This document shows positions 27,901 to 40,236 of a DNA stretch of 64,000 nt, one piece after another. Numbering within the stretch: the stretch's first letter is position 1; each line of letters starts with the position of its first letter. A program made the translations under genes and the position numbers. Source of the DNA: Bigelowiella natans CCMP2755 (taxonomy: Eukaryota > Protista > Cercozoa). The stretch spans positions 12,123 to 76,122 of the forward strand of contig ADNK01002378.1 in NCBI GenBank assembly GCA_000320545.1. Direction: 5' to 3'. The notes beneath the pieces are model-generated. The model made no database searches. It was not told where the DNA came from and saw only the letters and a list, made by a program, of their open reading frames with translations.

Positions 27901-29679
27901 ATGCGTGGCATGCATCAGTTGGTACACGTGTGCTTGCTGTTCCTGCTCGGGTCGATATCCTCAATCCAAAGTGCCACTGCAGCAGCTACCACGGAGAGAA
28001 AATCAACGGAAGCAAAACATATAATGCTTGTGTCTCTGCATTTGAGAGGTCATATCACGCCATTGGCGCGGTTGGCTCGCGAATTAGTGTCGCGTGGTTA
28101 TCTTGTCACATTTGCTACACCGGATGCAGGCTACGTGCTTGCTGAAACTGTGCTTCATGCATCTGGAGCTCAAATAGAGCTTTTGGGTACAGATCCTCCG
28201 GGTCAAGTTCAGCGATTAAACCATCTTGAAACCGCAGAAGCTTCTCGACAGACTCCTCCCTGGGGGCTGGCCGATTTAATCGATGCAGTATATCTTCCCT
28301 ACTATCTAACAATGTTCGACCCAGTAAGGGAATTGGCAGAGCGGCTACAGCCAGATTTTCTTGTTGTAGATGTGGCCACACTGGCTGGTATAGATGTAGC
28401 ACAGCTGCTAGGTATTCCTTATATTGTAAATAGCCCTACACTTTTATTCCACGGAGACGATGCGCCGTATTACTTACCTGCTCTTGGTTCTGGATTCTCT
28501 TTAGAAATGTCTTCGTGGCAACGTATTTTTAGCTTTTTCCTGCCTAGATATATAGCTTTGTCACTGTCATCGGTGTTCACGGATTTAAACCTGATAAGGC
28601 ACGACCATGGCTTGAAGCCTCATACCACTTTTAATGAAATATTAGGGCAAACCATTCTACTTGTGAATACCGCATTTGGATTTGAATATCCACGTCCTTT
28701 GTCTCCATTTGTAAGGATGACAGGGCCACTCATGCCACCGGAAGAAACTAGTTATGATTATAAAACAGAAGAAAATCCCATGCCTAGAAAACTTCTCAAA
28801 TTTTTGGACTCCAGGTCCAATAGCTCCTCATCATCGATCAGGCCCGTTGTCGCTGTAATGCTTGGAGAGCATAGCATGGCTCCGATAGCACCAGGTTGCA
28901 TACGAAAACTGTCTGAAGCTCTTGCGGTGCGGTTGCGACCAGAAAACTCGACAGATTATAGAATATTATGGGCTTTGCGAAGACGACACCATGATCTGTT
29001 GCCATTTGAGGAAGCAGAAGATGGAACGCCGACCGCAACGGTATGCGTGCAGCCCGACTTCTCTCAAGTAGAAGTATTTCAGCACCCTGCTGTCCGCGTG
29101 GTTGTATCGCCATGTGGACTTCCAACGGTGCAGGAGGCTTTGTACTTCGGGAAAGCGATTTTGTGCCTACCCGTCATTGGTGACCAACATGATGTGGCAG
29201 CACGTGTTGAGTCCTCGGGAACAGGGATATCAGTGCCAAACTGCAAAGACACCCCACCCTCAGTACTGCGTTCCTGTATTGAAGATTTAGTGACAAACAG
29301 AGATTATCGACGTAATTCTCTCAAAATTGCGGTGAGCCTGAGGGAACGAGGAGGCACACCGAAGGCTGCCGATATTGTAGAATCGACTTTGCGGACAGGA
29401 ATTTTAAACTTAGAGGACGTTCCTGCGCATATGCCATGGCACTTACGGACGTCTCTTGATATTCTTTGTGTCATTGTTGCATCACAGTGCCTCATATTAT
29501 TGATAATCAAGTTTTGTTTCAAGAGTCTGTCCTTTACCTTCAAACAATTTGTTCCCGGTTTTAATGGCAAACACCATCATGGATACAATGAGACCTCTTC
29601 TCACAGCGAATCAAAAATTGGAAATGAAATAGATTTGAATGCAAGAACGAAGCTACAAGTTGATCATGGTAAGATGTAG
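27901..29679 (+). CDS. UDP-glucuronosyl/glucosyltransferase (GT1), intronless, signal peptide and C-terminal TM helix
   Basis: 592-aa ORF; catalytic His region LHLRGHITPLARLARELVSRGY; UGT signature FSQVEVFQHPAVRVVVSPCGLPTVQEALYFGKAILCLPVIGDQHDVA; ..MPWH..SLDILCVIV TM segment. Confidence 0.93.
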   Translation: MRGMHQLVHVCLLFLLGSISSIQSATAAATTERKSTEAKHIMLVSLHLRGHITPLARLARELVSRGYLVTFATPDAGYVLAETVLHASGAQIELLGTDPPGQVQRLNHLETAEASRQTPPWGLADLIDAVYLPYYLTMFDPVRELAERLQPDFLVVDVATLAGIDVAQLLGIPYIVNSPTLLFHGDDAPYYLPALGSGFSLEMSSWQRIFSFFLPRYIALSLSSVFTDLNLIRHDHGLKPHTTFNEILGQTILLVNTAFGFEYPRPLSPFVRMTGPLMPPEETSYDYKTEENPMPRKLLKFLDSRSNSSSSSIRPVVAVMLGEHSMAPIAPGCIRKLSEALAVRLRPENSTDYRILWALRRRHHDLLPFEEAEDGTPTATVCVQPDFSQVEVFQHPAVRVVVSPCGLPTVQEALYFGKAILCLPVIGDQHDVAARVESSGTGISVPNCKDTPPSVLRSCIEDLVTNRDYRRNSLKIAVSLRERGGTPKAADIVESTLRTGILNLEDVPAHMPWHLRTSLDILCVIVASQCLILLIIKFCFKSLSFTFKQFVPGFNGKHHHGYNETSSHSESKIGNEIDLNARTKLQVDHGKM

Positions 29680-29894
29680 CTTAGAAACACAAGTTAGTTT
29701 TCGCGTTGTCTGGGGGAAATCTTACAAATTATGAATCTGTGCCTATAATAGGTGAATATTCATCGGTTCGGGCAAATGAAGAAGACGGGCTGTGTAAGCG
29801 TCGCAGAAGAAACGGAATGAAATGAAACCATTAATGTTTCCGCGATCAAGAAGATGCAATCATATTGTGCTATAGCGTACAAGCATTTTTATTA

Positions 29895-29937
<43 letters not shown>

Positions 29938-29949
29938 GATATGAGACGA

Positions 29950-30817
29950 ATGTAATGAATTGATTAAATCTTTTCAATGGTTATCCTGCTGTAGCTATGC
30001 AAAGCAGCGGCTACAGCGCTGATGCTGTGTCGGTTTGTCTCCACTAGATGTATATATATATATATATATATATACATATTTATACATATTACATGCGCGA
30101 CTTGTACAAGCCATGCCGCGATGCCGCGATGCCACATTCCAACAAAGATGACGCTAGCTGAACAACGGCCACACTGCAACTACTAATTAGGTGGCACTCT
30201 GCATGCTCTAGCTGGCGTGCACCGACTACTAACACCATGCAATTAAATGCTGCACACTCTTTAACTCTCCTAGTCGCATAATAGCGTAGTCGCTATGCGT
30301 ACGCCGTAGCAGGCTCGCCTAGCTACATGTAGCTAGCTATGCATGCTTGCTGACATGCACATCAAGCTAGCTAGTAAGCGTAGCTGTAATGTATATAAGA
30401 CGTATGTAACATGCAATGAAATGTTCAAATTTTTTCAATGGTCATCCTAATGTAGCCGTGCAAAGCAGCGGCTACGATACAGCGCTCAAGTTGTGTCCAT
30501 TTGTTTCCAGTCTAGCAGTGTCACATGTTGCATGCATGAGAATAAAGCTGTATAAATATGTAGCAACTGTTACGCGTCGTGCGTTCAGTGCTGCGATGCG
30601 TTCTGAGGTTTCGTTTAAATAAAAGCCTAGCTAGGCAGAAAGTGCGGGCGCGCATGCTAGCATGCACCAGTCTAGCAGTGAAAGCTGTCGAAAAAAAAAA
30701 TGCAAAACAGTGCACTTATTTCAGCTTTCTAGCTTTTATTATTGTTAGCGCCGCTCTCTTGCATCATGCTCGTAGCTCATGTTATTCATGTTTGTACATC
30801 TTGCGGTAAACTCTAGA

Positions 30818-30820
<3 letters not shown>
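29950..30820. other. Palindrome-rich intergenic island 6, bracketed by (AT)n tracts, containing an ~80-bp imperfect direct repeat
   Basis: GCATGCTAGCATGC at 30652-30665; GCCTAGCTAGGC; repeat copies at 29971-30047 and 30432-30515. Confidence 0.7.
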
Positions 30821-30868
<48 letters not shown>

Positions 30869-31139
30869 TACACATATCATACAAGTATAAAATTAGTCAA
30901 TTGGCACGTATTTCTGTTGCCCATGATGTACTGTCAAAAAATAATCTAGGATTGAATAGGAAGAGGAAGGATGTTTATTCATGGAGTACATTTTCAACAT
31001 ATTCTCAACATATTCTCGAAGACCCTTCATTCACTTGGATATAATTACCACAGTGAAGGTATGACTTCGTATAAATGCACCGACTCTCCTCTATCTAGTT
31101 GTTGAATCCATGCCATTTTGATCCTGCAACGTGATTAAA

Positions 31140-31384
31140 CTAGTGACCGTTATCCTTAATGTAGTAGCGCCTGTAGATTGGGGATTCTTTCTTGTCAGCC
31201 TCTGATAATTAGAAACAAAAGCTTAGATCAGGTTTTAAAATTTTTTCCCTCAAATAATAAATCTACCAGAAACTGGGATCATAGCTGCTCCAACGAAGAC
31301 AACTCCCCACCCAATTGCGAAGGGGAAGTTGTATGGCCTCGACCAGATTTTGACAGAGTAGTTGAAAAACGATCTTAGAGGCAT
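31140..31384 (-). CDS. 59-aa single-TM microprotein, probable mitochondrial ATP synthase 6 kDa subunit (i/j family); 2 exons
   Basis: GT-AG intron 31202-31266 gives MPLRSFFNYSVKIWSRPYNFPFAIGWGVVFVGAAMIPVSEADKKESPIYRRYYIKDNGH*. This resembles the plant 6 kDa subunit pattern FF..W...WPFL.GF.....TEED.KNS.F as remembered. Absent from the ORF track. Confidence 0.65.
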
Positions 31385-32596
31385 GATTCCTGTCAAAGCA
31401 TTTCATATTAGATAACGTTTACTATTGTGTTACCCCTGTTATTTCAAAATTTGAATATGTAATGTCATCGACATTAAAGAACAAACTTCCTCCAGTGACG
31501 AAGAAATGAAATCATACCGAAACACAACATCGTATTTGGTTTTGCCGATGTACAAATTTGAAAATGGATTCGTAAAGAGTATTGATTTCTATAGATTACG
31601 GCTGTATTGACCAAACTCCACGTTTGACACGGCAAGGTATAATCTAGTACAGAGGGGGGGCTCACCAGAATTTCAGATTTGTGAGAAAGTGAAAAATTCC
31701 TCGCAATATTTTAGATGGAATATACTTATCTAATGAGACATGTGAAAAAACATGACGCAATACTAATTTTAGCGATACATTTCGCATACGATCCCATAAG
31801 TAATTATCAGATCATTTTGGGTTCTTTTTACAGCTGATTTCCCTACGGAATGAGGTACTAAAGTTCCATTTTGTTGCCTTAATACCATTTATCAATTGAA
31901 AAAGAACGGCTACACAGACTTCTTGCAGATAAATATATCTAAATACCTCATCAAGCTCGCAACGCGATTTCCCAAACCAGCCGATAAATTAATTTGTATT
32001 TGGAATTTGTTGCGACAATTCAGAAGAGATTATTAAAGAAAAATTGTCCTTGTTCTTATCCATACGACATAACTTTAAAGGATCTGTATGATCTGGAATA
32101 TGCAGGCCAGAAAAGGCGGAGGCATGGCAGAATGCAAGTCGCTTCAGTAGAATCTTCGAGCTGAGTTTTTGTCCGGACAGATTGAAAATAATATATTTAC
32201 GACATCAAATATTTTGTGTCGTATATTTAAAAAGAGATGACATAAAGTTTCTCCGTCAGCCTAACTTGCCAGAGTCCACCCCCACTTCGCTTCTACGAGT
32301 AGCTGTAGTAGCTGAGAGGGGGAGACAAGCTTCAGGGAGGCAAATTTTGCAAGGGAAAGAGGAAAAAATTAAAGTACTGAAGTTCCAGGTACGTGAATTT
32401 ATCAAGATTTCAAACAAAGCATAGTTTACACGTAGGGAAATTGTGTTTGAAATTGCTCCGCGCAAGTAGTTGATTTGTGATGGTTTTGCGTATGTCTATG
32501 TTAGGTAAAACTGTGTTGATCCCCGTTTTTTGTCCTAAATCTCAAGGATAGACGTTCACAGAACATTTGCGACTTGGTGAATAGAGAAAGGCAGCA

Positions 32597-34416
32597 ATGG
32601 CAAACAAAAAGAGGCAGTGCTCCCAAGAGGAGGCAGCGATAATAGAGAAGAAGCGCCGTCTAGAGACCCGGCTTCGGTATCTTCAAGCTCACTTACGCCA
32701 CATTGAGTACGGTGAAAATAGGGGGATACGCACTCCAGTGGGGGGAGGCGGCATCAGCTCCCGTACCCCCACATCCACTACTCGCTCTGGCCGGGTCGCC
32801 CAACGACCGCCAAAGTACGATGAAAAACCACAGCCTGTGAAGCTAAGCGGGGCGCTCAGTAAATGCCGAAAGCTTGTGGATGCACTCCTAAATCAGAAGG
32901 GGAGCTGGATCTTCGCTGATCCTGTCGATCCAGTGAAATGGAACATTTCCAACTACTTCAACATCATCAAGAAACCCATGGACCTGGGCACTGTGAAGAA
33001 GAACCTCTCCTCGGGGATGTATCTAGATGTGGATGCTTTCGGCGCGGACATGAGGCTTATCTGGGCAAACGCGATCAAGTATAATGGTGTAGGCACCGAC
33101 ATTGCCAAGGTTGCAAATCAAATGTCTGATTTCTTCGAGGATCGATTCAAGAAAATACAAAAGGTGTCCTTCCGAGTGGGTAGGGACGGAAAGCTCATGA
33201 AACATTCGTCCTTCTCAAGAAAAAGCAAGAAGAAAAAGTCGAAGAAAGCGCCAGTAAATCTTTCCGACCAAAATCTCGAGCTAATCAAGCTGAAAAGAGA
33301 GATGGAGTCAATGCGAAAGACGATATCAAACTTTTCCTCCAAGAAGGGTGTCAGTGGTAAGGTTATGACCGAGAGTGAGAAGCGTACCCTATCTGAGGAC
33401 ATAATGAACTTGCCGCATAGCGAACTCGAATTGATTGTGGATATCGTCTCTCGTTGCATGCCAAACCTAAGGGATGATGATAATGATGAAGGGTATGAGA
33501 TCGACCTCGATGCTCTAGATAATGATACGCTCAGAGAGCTTCAGCAACACGTTAGAAGAAACAAGCGGAGTAGTAAAAAGAGCACATCAAGAACAAAGAC
33601 TCCTACCCGTCCATCGCTTGACCCACCAAACATTTCCCGTCACCACTCTGCTCCAGCACGATCGAGCTATAATGATAGCTCAAGTAGTGAATCATCCTCA
33701 GCAAGTGACTCCGAAAGTAGTAGCGACTCAGAGGTAGGTGGAGGTGGCGGCAGGGGGGGTGGGAAAAAGGGTATGAAGCAACCAAGGAGTAGAGCTTCTG
33801 TAAAGAAACAACAGCCGTCGTATGGTGACCCCTCCCTGTTTTCCGCGACCGATATTGCTCCGGAGCCATCGCCCACCGAGATGAGCCGACAGAACTCGCA
33901 AGACTCAGAGGTAGCAGTACATATCACTTGCTTCACTCTTACCCACTCTAGATGTGTGGATGCTTGTTTTGTTTCTTTCCCGCTCATGTACATTCGCTGT
34001 GTCCTTAGGATGTGAAAGTGAATTCTGATGCATGGAACAACCTGGGTGCGGACACCGAACAAGAAAGGAGGACTAGCAGTAACGGGGATGGCAAGAACAG
34101 GCTGTGGGCTGAATTCCAGCGAAAGAAGCAACAGCAGAAGGAGCAGGAGGAAGAGAAGAAAAAACTCGAGCTAGAGGCTGCGAAGAAGAGGGAAGAAGAG
34201 CTCGAGAGGAGAAAAGAGGAAGAAGAAATGGCTCGAAAATTAGCCGAGGAGCGTGCGAAAGAGGAAATCGAAAGGAAAAAAATGGAGGCTAAAGAAGTAG
34301 AAAGGCAGAAGCAGAAAGATTTGGAAGCTCGTAGGGAAGAAGCCCGGAGAAAGAGGGAGCAATCGGCTAGAAGAGGAAAAGTTGACGATCTTGATAGCGG
34401 AGTGGACCTGTTTTGA
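32597..34416 (+). CDS. BET/GTE-type bromodomain + ET (NET) domain protein with C-terminal coiled coil; 2 exons
   Basis: Bromodomain SWIFADPVDPVKWNISNYFNIIKKPMDLGTVKK..DMRLIWANAIKYN; ET domain MTESEKRTLSEDIMNLP..EIDLDALDNDTLRELQ; Ser-rich tract; intron ~33911-34008. Confidence 0.93.
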
Positions 34417-34499
34417 AAGAAATGTTATTTTCGACCCAGCATTTTCTGTTGAGAACAAAGCCGAATGACATATTTTATACTCGTGTCCATGGTTGAACA

Positions 34500-34990
34500 T
34501 TTAGCATACAACTGTGTGACCCTCCAGCGCAATGGTCATAGACATACACTAGCAAATTTGTATTGCTGAAGTAATAAGCGAAAATCACACCTCGATCACA
34601 CTCCCACAGCTGCAAGCGTACGATGTGCTTTCAGCAAAATTTTCACCGTCGCCATGTTTCTAGTAGAACATGCGATGCGTGGCCTGCTATCCTGCACCGG
34701 AGATTATATTTAGCGTAACGGCATCGAGAATAAGGCGGTATAATGGTTTGGAATCGCTGCATGATATGCATGCATAGCTGTGTGCACGTACGTTGCTATT
34801 TCAACTTTTTTTCTGTGTCTCATCAACCAGATTGTAGTTGCAGCTAAGCTATACATATAATGTATCGTATGTGCCTGACATCTTGCCTGGTATTTGCTTG
34901 CAATATAACAATGCAGAGGCATCATTGATGCGGCAGTATATTTAGTCAATGTGAACGTGCGCGCCGCGCTCGCACGCTGGTTAAGCTACT
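34500..34990. other. Palindrome-rich intergenic island 7, convergent junction
   Basis: TGCATGATATGCATGCA, GTGCACGTACGT and similar words between the BET and RluA stop codons. Confidence 0.6.
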
Positions 34991-34993
34991 AGG

Positions 34994-35993
34994 TCATTGT
35001 TTCCTAATTATGTCATCGGTTCCTAATTGCGTAAAAGGGCAGGGAGGCTGGATCTCGAAATCTATTGTGTCTTCCATTTCCTCCCCATTCTCTCGTAAGC
35101 TGCCATCCTCATTAGTATGATTTATGTCGCTACCACTACTGCCACTGCCCGTGTAGCAGCAACTGCGCGGCACATGAAGCTCGACTGCCCACAGATAAAA
35201 CTCACCACTACGATCATGCTCCTCGTTGTCTGAACTAGAGTCCTTGTTGTGATTTTCCTCCATGTTTCTTCGTCGCCTTGGTTTTAGCATAATCGGCACG
35301 GCACCATAGCGTAGATCCTGCACCAGCGGGTTTCCGATGGACTTCATGTGTCGGCGGATCTGGTGGGTGCGGCCATGCTTCGGCCAAAGATCCACCAAAC
35401 TTGCGCCCTCTGGGAGTCGTTCCCCGGCTTCCACACACCATCGCTCTCTCAGATCAGCAGGCGAGAAGTACTCGACGACTGCGAAATCGGTTCGCGTTTC
35501 CTTTCCTTCCATGGGAGTGTCTATCACACCCTTACTCTCTTTAAGCCTGCCACTCACGAGTGCCCTGTATCGCTTTCGAATTCGCCGCTGTTGGAATGCG
35601 AGCGACAGCTGCTGCAACGGCCTCTGTGTCTTGGCGCATAGCACTAATCCTCCTGGTGGGGTGTATCGTTCCATCATCACCGTCATCGTCATCATCATAA
35701 GCAGCAGCAGCAGCAGCAGGAAAATTGTCATAAAATTTAACAAAATGATACATTCATGCATGCATGCATGCATGTGTGTGTGTGTGTGTGTAAATACACA
35801 AAAGGATGAATTGAGAAATAATAAAAGGACAGGTTAACAAATATCTCCCTTGCTTCTTTGTCTCGCAATATCATTTATTGATACCTGTAGGCTTATCGAG
35901 GCGATGGGTACAGCGTGGCTTACGAAGCACGGCTCTCTGTAGAACGGCAAAACCACTACAGTCAACCAACACGTAGCACATGTAAGCATATTC

Positions 35994-36036
<43 letters not shown>

Positions 36037-37444
36037 CATGTTTGCGTCTGTGTGATACAATGTATTTGTAGAAAATCCTGATGAGCATTTCGTACACATA
36101 CAGTTCTCTCCTCCCCCATCCTCCAGTCCACTTTCTTAATTGTGACAATATAAAGATTATCGTAGTCTTAGGGTCTCTTTAACCGTGGCCGCAGTTGGCT
36201 TGAGTATTCTGCAGATTGCTTTCTGAAGAGTCACCTCAGGTGTTTTCCCGATTGTTTGGATTCCGGGTGGCTTTGATACGACCGCAATATCATCATTCTC
36301 GTAAATTACCTGAATGATGGTGCAAGTAGTAAACGAAGAACGACGACACGAAAACAGCGGCGGCATTCTTGCCAAAAGGAAAAAAGATAGATGTTTTCCC
36401 AACGGGTTCGTCAGCAGCCTAGTATTCAAAAGCGCTGATTTAAGGATTCTTAGCGCTCACGACCGTGACAAAATATGGGCATTCTCGATGTTTTCTTGCC
36501 ACGTTTGATTGCTGCTAATGTCTGAGTTGCGTTGGGTACTGACCAACCTTAACGTCAGGAAGCTCACGGTCAAAGTCATGGGCGAGAAAATTTGAGGGCT
36601 CGTGGCGCTCCCTCCTGCAGATTTTGTCGCCAGCACGACAAACATAAGTCGTCGGCTTCATTTCTCCATTTACAACGACGTGGCCTCTCCGCACAGCCCT
36701 CTTCGCCGATGACACTGAGGGGTACCTGATGAGAATGGGACTTCAGCGGGAGGGGTGGATGGGAAAGAAATGCTGACGCAATATGCCCCTTTCGATACAC
36801 CCCCTACCCCTATCCCTCTCTTTTGATTTCATCTGACATTTCTGGGGCCAAATCATTGAGCGCTTGGGGTAATTTGCATGGATTCATGCCGGAGGTGGGG
36901 AATGTCGCTAGCTCGTACAGTGAATGCCGCGGGGAGCCAACCTTGGCGTCGCTACTATATTTACTGTGATTGCTGCTACTGCTGCTTTCTAGGCTAATCG
37001 AAGAGGCTTGTGTTGAGTTTGGCGAGAGATGAGGCCTCGTTCCTCTTCTTTTCGCTCCACCTCCTCTTCTCCTCGATTGACTACCGATCATCCTCGCCAT
37101 TGAGGGATGATGGCTGCTCCCCACCCTCACGGTCGTTTCTGTAGCCCTTCTACCCCTTGATGTCCTAGCAGCCGGCAGCTGGAAGCGTCGTTTGGATATG
37201 CCTTCTGCTGCAGCTACTCCTCCCCTGACAGCATAGATACCATATCTCAGAAAGATGCTTGACCGAATATATCCGAGAAAGTTGATAACCGTCGGAATCC
37301 GCGTTGATTGTTACTACTCCGTAGTGCTCGGAGGGAGAGGTAGCCCCTCATCATCACCAGAATCAGCAGAGAGAGCAATACCAGAGCCAGCGAATGCCCG
37401 TACGATTTAGACGTCAGAGAGCAAAACTGGAGGCTCGGTAGCAT
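34994..37444 (-). CDS. RluA/RluD-family RNA pseudouridine synthase, S4-like segment, probable organelle (plastid) leader; multi-exon
   Basis: SSAKRAVRRGHVVVNG (S4-like), VIYENDDIAVVSKPPG, catalytic HRLDKPTG/GLVLCAK, KRYRALVSG, GRTHQIRRH..IGNPLVQDLRYG; N-terminal hydrophobic SLALVLLSLLILVMM. Confidence 0.9.
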
Positions 37445-38050
37445 TGGGGGGTTGGGCACCTGAGGGGAGGGGGCGAAGCACTTTGGTGAAAAATGGGGTG
37501 GCTTCAAATGATTTGGAAATGGCTCTATGACTTTCTGTCCCTCTCTGTCCAGAACGGGGAGAGGGATGTATTGTAAGCGATGAGCGCGTTGGAATCCTCG
37601 AGAGAGGTGTGTGGCTCAGCCAGCGTGTACTCGTCTTCCGATGCAGCCAGCCCTCTGTCACAAAGGGCGGAACTTCTAGACACGTAATCATCGGGAAAAC
37701 TTCTGAGGACGCTACTGGAACGCTTATTCTCACGTAGAAAATGAAAAACGCATTGAATCTTCTCTTTGCGACTTGGCGTTATTTTGGTTCTGAAAGCCAA
37801 AAGGGCTGAGCCCTTGAACCCCTTTGGTTTCGGCTAATTATGATCGAGACAACATCCTAGATCTAGTAAATTTTTGATTGCGATAAAAAATGTTCCTTCT
37901 CGGCATATCTTTCTCGGCTATTCACATCGCATTCAAAATTTCAAATCGACAAGGAGCACGGCTGCCAGCTCCCTCATAACCACCATCTCCCGCCCGTCAT
38001 CTCGCCGAAGGGGGGGGTTTGGTGCGAATATGTATCTAGCAGAATGTAAT

Positions 38051-38852
38051 ATGAGGAAGAGGAAGGGCTTCGTTGGCATGCTGAGCATGTCCTGTGTCCT
38101 GATGCTTCTATCCATGCCCGCTGCAGCCCACTCCGGTAACAATTCATACCTCCAGCTCATTTTAAGATTCCAAGTATAAAATATGATACACTCACTGACT
38201 AATAAGGCGAGGGAATGGGACAGAAGATGGCTCCTTCGCTATTGGAGGTGAATAGTAGGCATCATCATCGCCATAAGCGGGAAGCAAAAGGAAATAATCA
38301 GGTCCGTCGCTTCAAGGGGAGTGATAATAGACACAGTCAGGAGTTTGAAGGGGAGCAGGATGATCGTAGAAGCGGGCAACCGGCTGAGCGAGATTCCGAT
38401 AAACAGTACCAGCAGCATCACAGGCAGGGCGCTTCAGTAGTAACACCGGCAGTAAGAACTGATGCAACTAAGAAGGTGGCTCGTGGTACGGTGGAAGATC
38501 TGAAAGCTATGATAGAGGGTGGGAATGGGAACGCCCTCACGTACAATCAGCCCAATAATATCGGCGGAATGGGTTCAGCCTCTTCCTCTCCGTATTCAGT
38601 GGGATTCAACCCTTACCTCTTGAATATGCAGCAGCAGCAGCAACAACAACAACAATCGCCCCTCCCCGCGACACAGCAGTCTGTGGGGAATGGGAATATG
38701 TATCCTGGAGCAGCGTCAATTCAGCCATTTTCATCACCAGGTCTTCCTAAAACATGTATCTATTTTTGCAACAAAGATGAACATGGTGATGTGGCGAAAA
38801 ACGGAAAGAGGACGTTGTTTACAGAAAGATTATGTAGATTTGAAGTACACGG

Positions 38853-38902
<50 letters not shown>

Positions 38903-39082
38903 GACGATCGCATAAGGTGTAGTGTGCTGAAACGATAATCTGGAGAAGATGAAAGTTTTTCAGTTCTTTCTCTTATGTTTGCTGGAAGAAACTGCAACCT
39001 CTGCCAGTCATCCATTGCGTGGAGATGCGAATAGCTCCCACGAATCAAAGAAGAAGATGTTTTTATTGTAAAAGAATAAGTG

Positions 39083-39128
<46 letters not shown>

Positions 39129-39317
39129 TCATAGCTCTTCCTCCATCATCATATCTTTCGCCATCCTCTTGCACTCCTGCTATTTGTAGGAATGATGATG
39201 CAGGGCTCATCGTACCCAGGATCTCTAGCTACGGCTTCTGCTCCGGCTGCGAACAACTACTGGACACAACAGCAGCAGTCTCAAGCTAGCCTACCTAACT
39301 TCAGAAGTGGTAAAAAT

Positions 39318-39356
<39 letters not shown>

Positions 39357-39786
39357 CCAATATGTCGAAATCTACGAATGTTTACATTGATAAAAGAAAA
39401 TCTCCTGATCTCTCGTCGGTACATAATCAAACTTGCTGTGATGATAGGAAACTTCGCGTCGCGTAATGGCGCTGCCTTTTCCTCCTCAGGGGGGCAAATG
39501 TCGCCTACGCAACAGAACTCTGGCATTGGAAATGTCCGTTGGAACACCCCCGGTACCGGCTTCGGTTCCCCACAGCAGCAGCAACGACAAGGAGGAGGAG
39601 GGCGATACGCACCTGTGCAGCAGCAGCAGCAGCAGCAGCGACCCCAACAACAACGCCAGGGCAGCATGCCCTTCTTCTCATTCCGATCGTATGTACTCGA
39701 ATCTCACTGTCTCCCCTCTTTCCCCCACGACTCGTTCCTGCTAATGATCCTGCCCGTTGATGCCGCGAACCCCACTCTATCGCTAT

Positions 39787-39826
<40 letters not shown>

Positions 39827-40203
39827 CATATTCATACTTTTTGCAGGTCACGATCGTCGTCCACCAAAGACCTCTCAGGACACCACGAGGCAGAGGCGCA
39901 TTTCGATAAAGAGTAATTAGTGCTAGTAGCGTGCGATATTCTACACCCCCCTCCTAAACTTGGGGCTTATGGGGAAAGGGGGAAGGTCACTTTTATCACA
40001 AAGGAATTGGAGAGAGAGGGAGAGAGAGAGAGAGCGAGAGAGAGAGAGAGAAAATAGGAATACGGCGATATCCAAGTACTTTTATTGTCTCATCCCCTTT
40101 TCCATTTCTTCTAGGAAACAAGGAAATATGAACCTTGTGCTACGCTTTGAGTACCCCAACAAAACAGTCAACTCACGTGGTCATGGCAATATCTTAATTA
40201 GTT

Positions 40204-40236
<33 letters not shown>

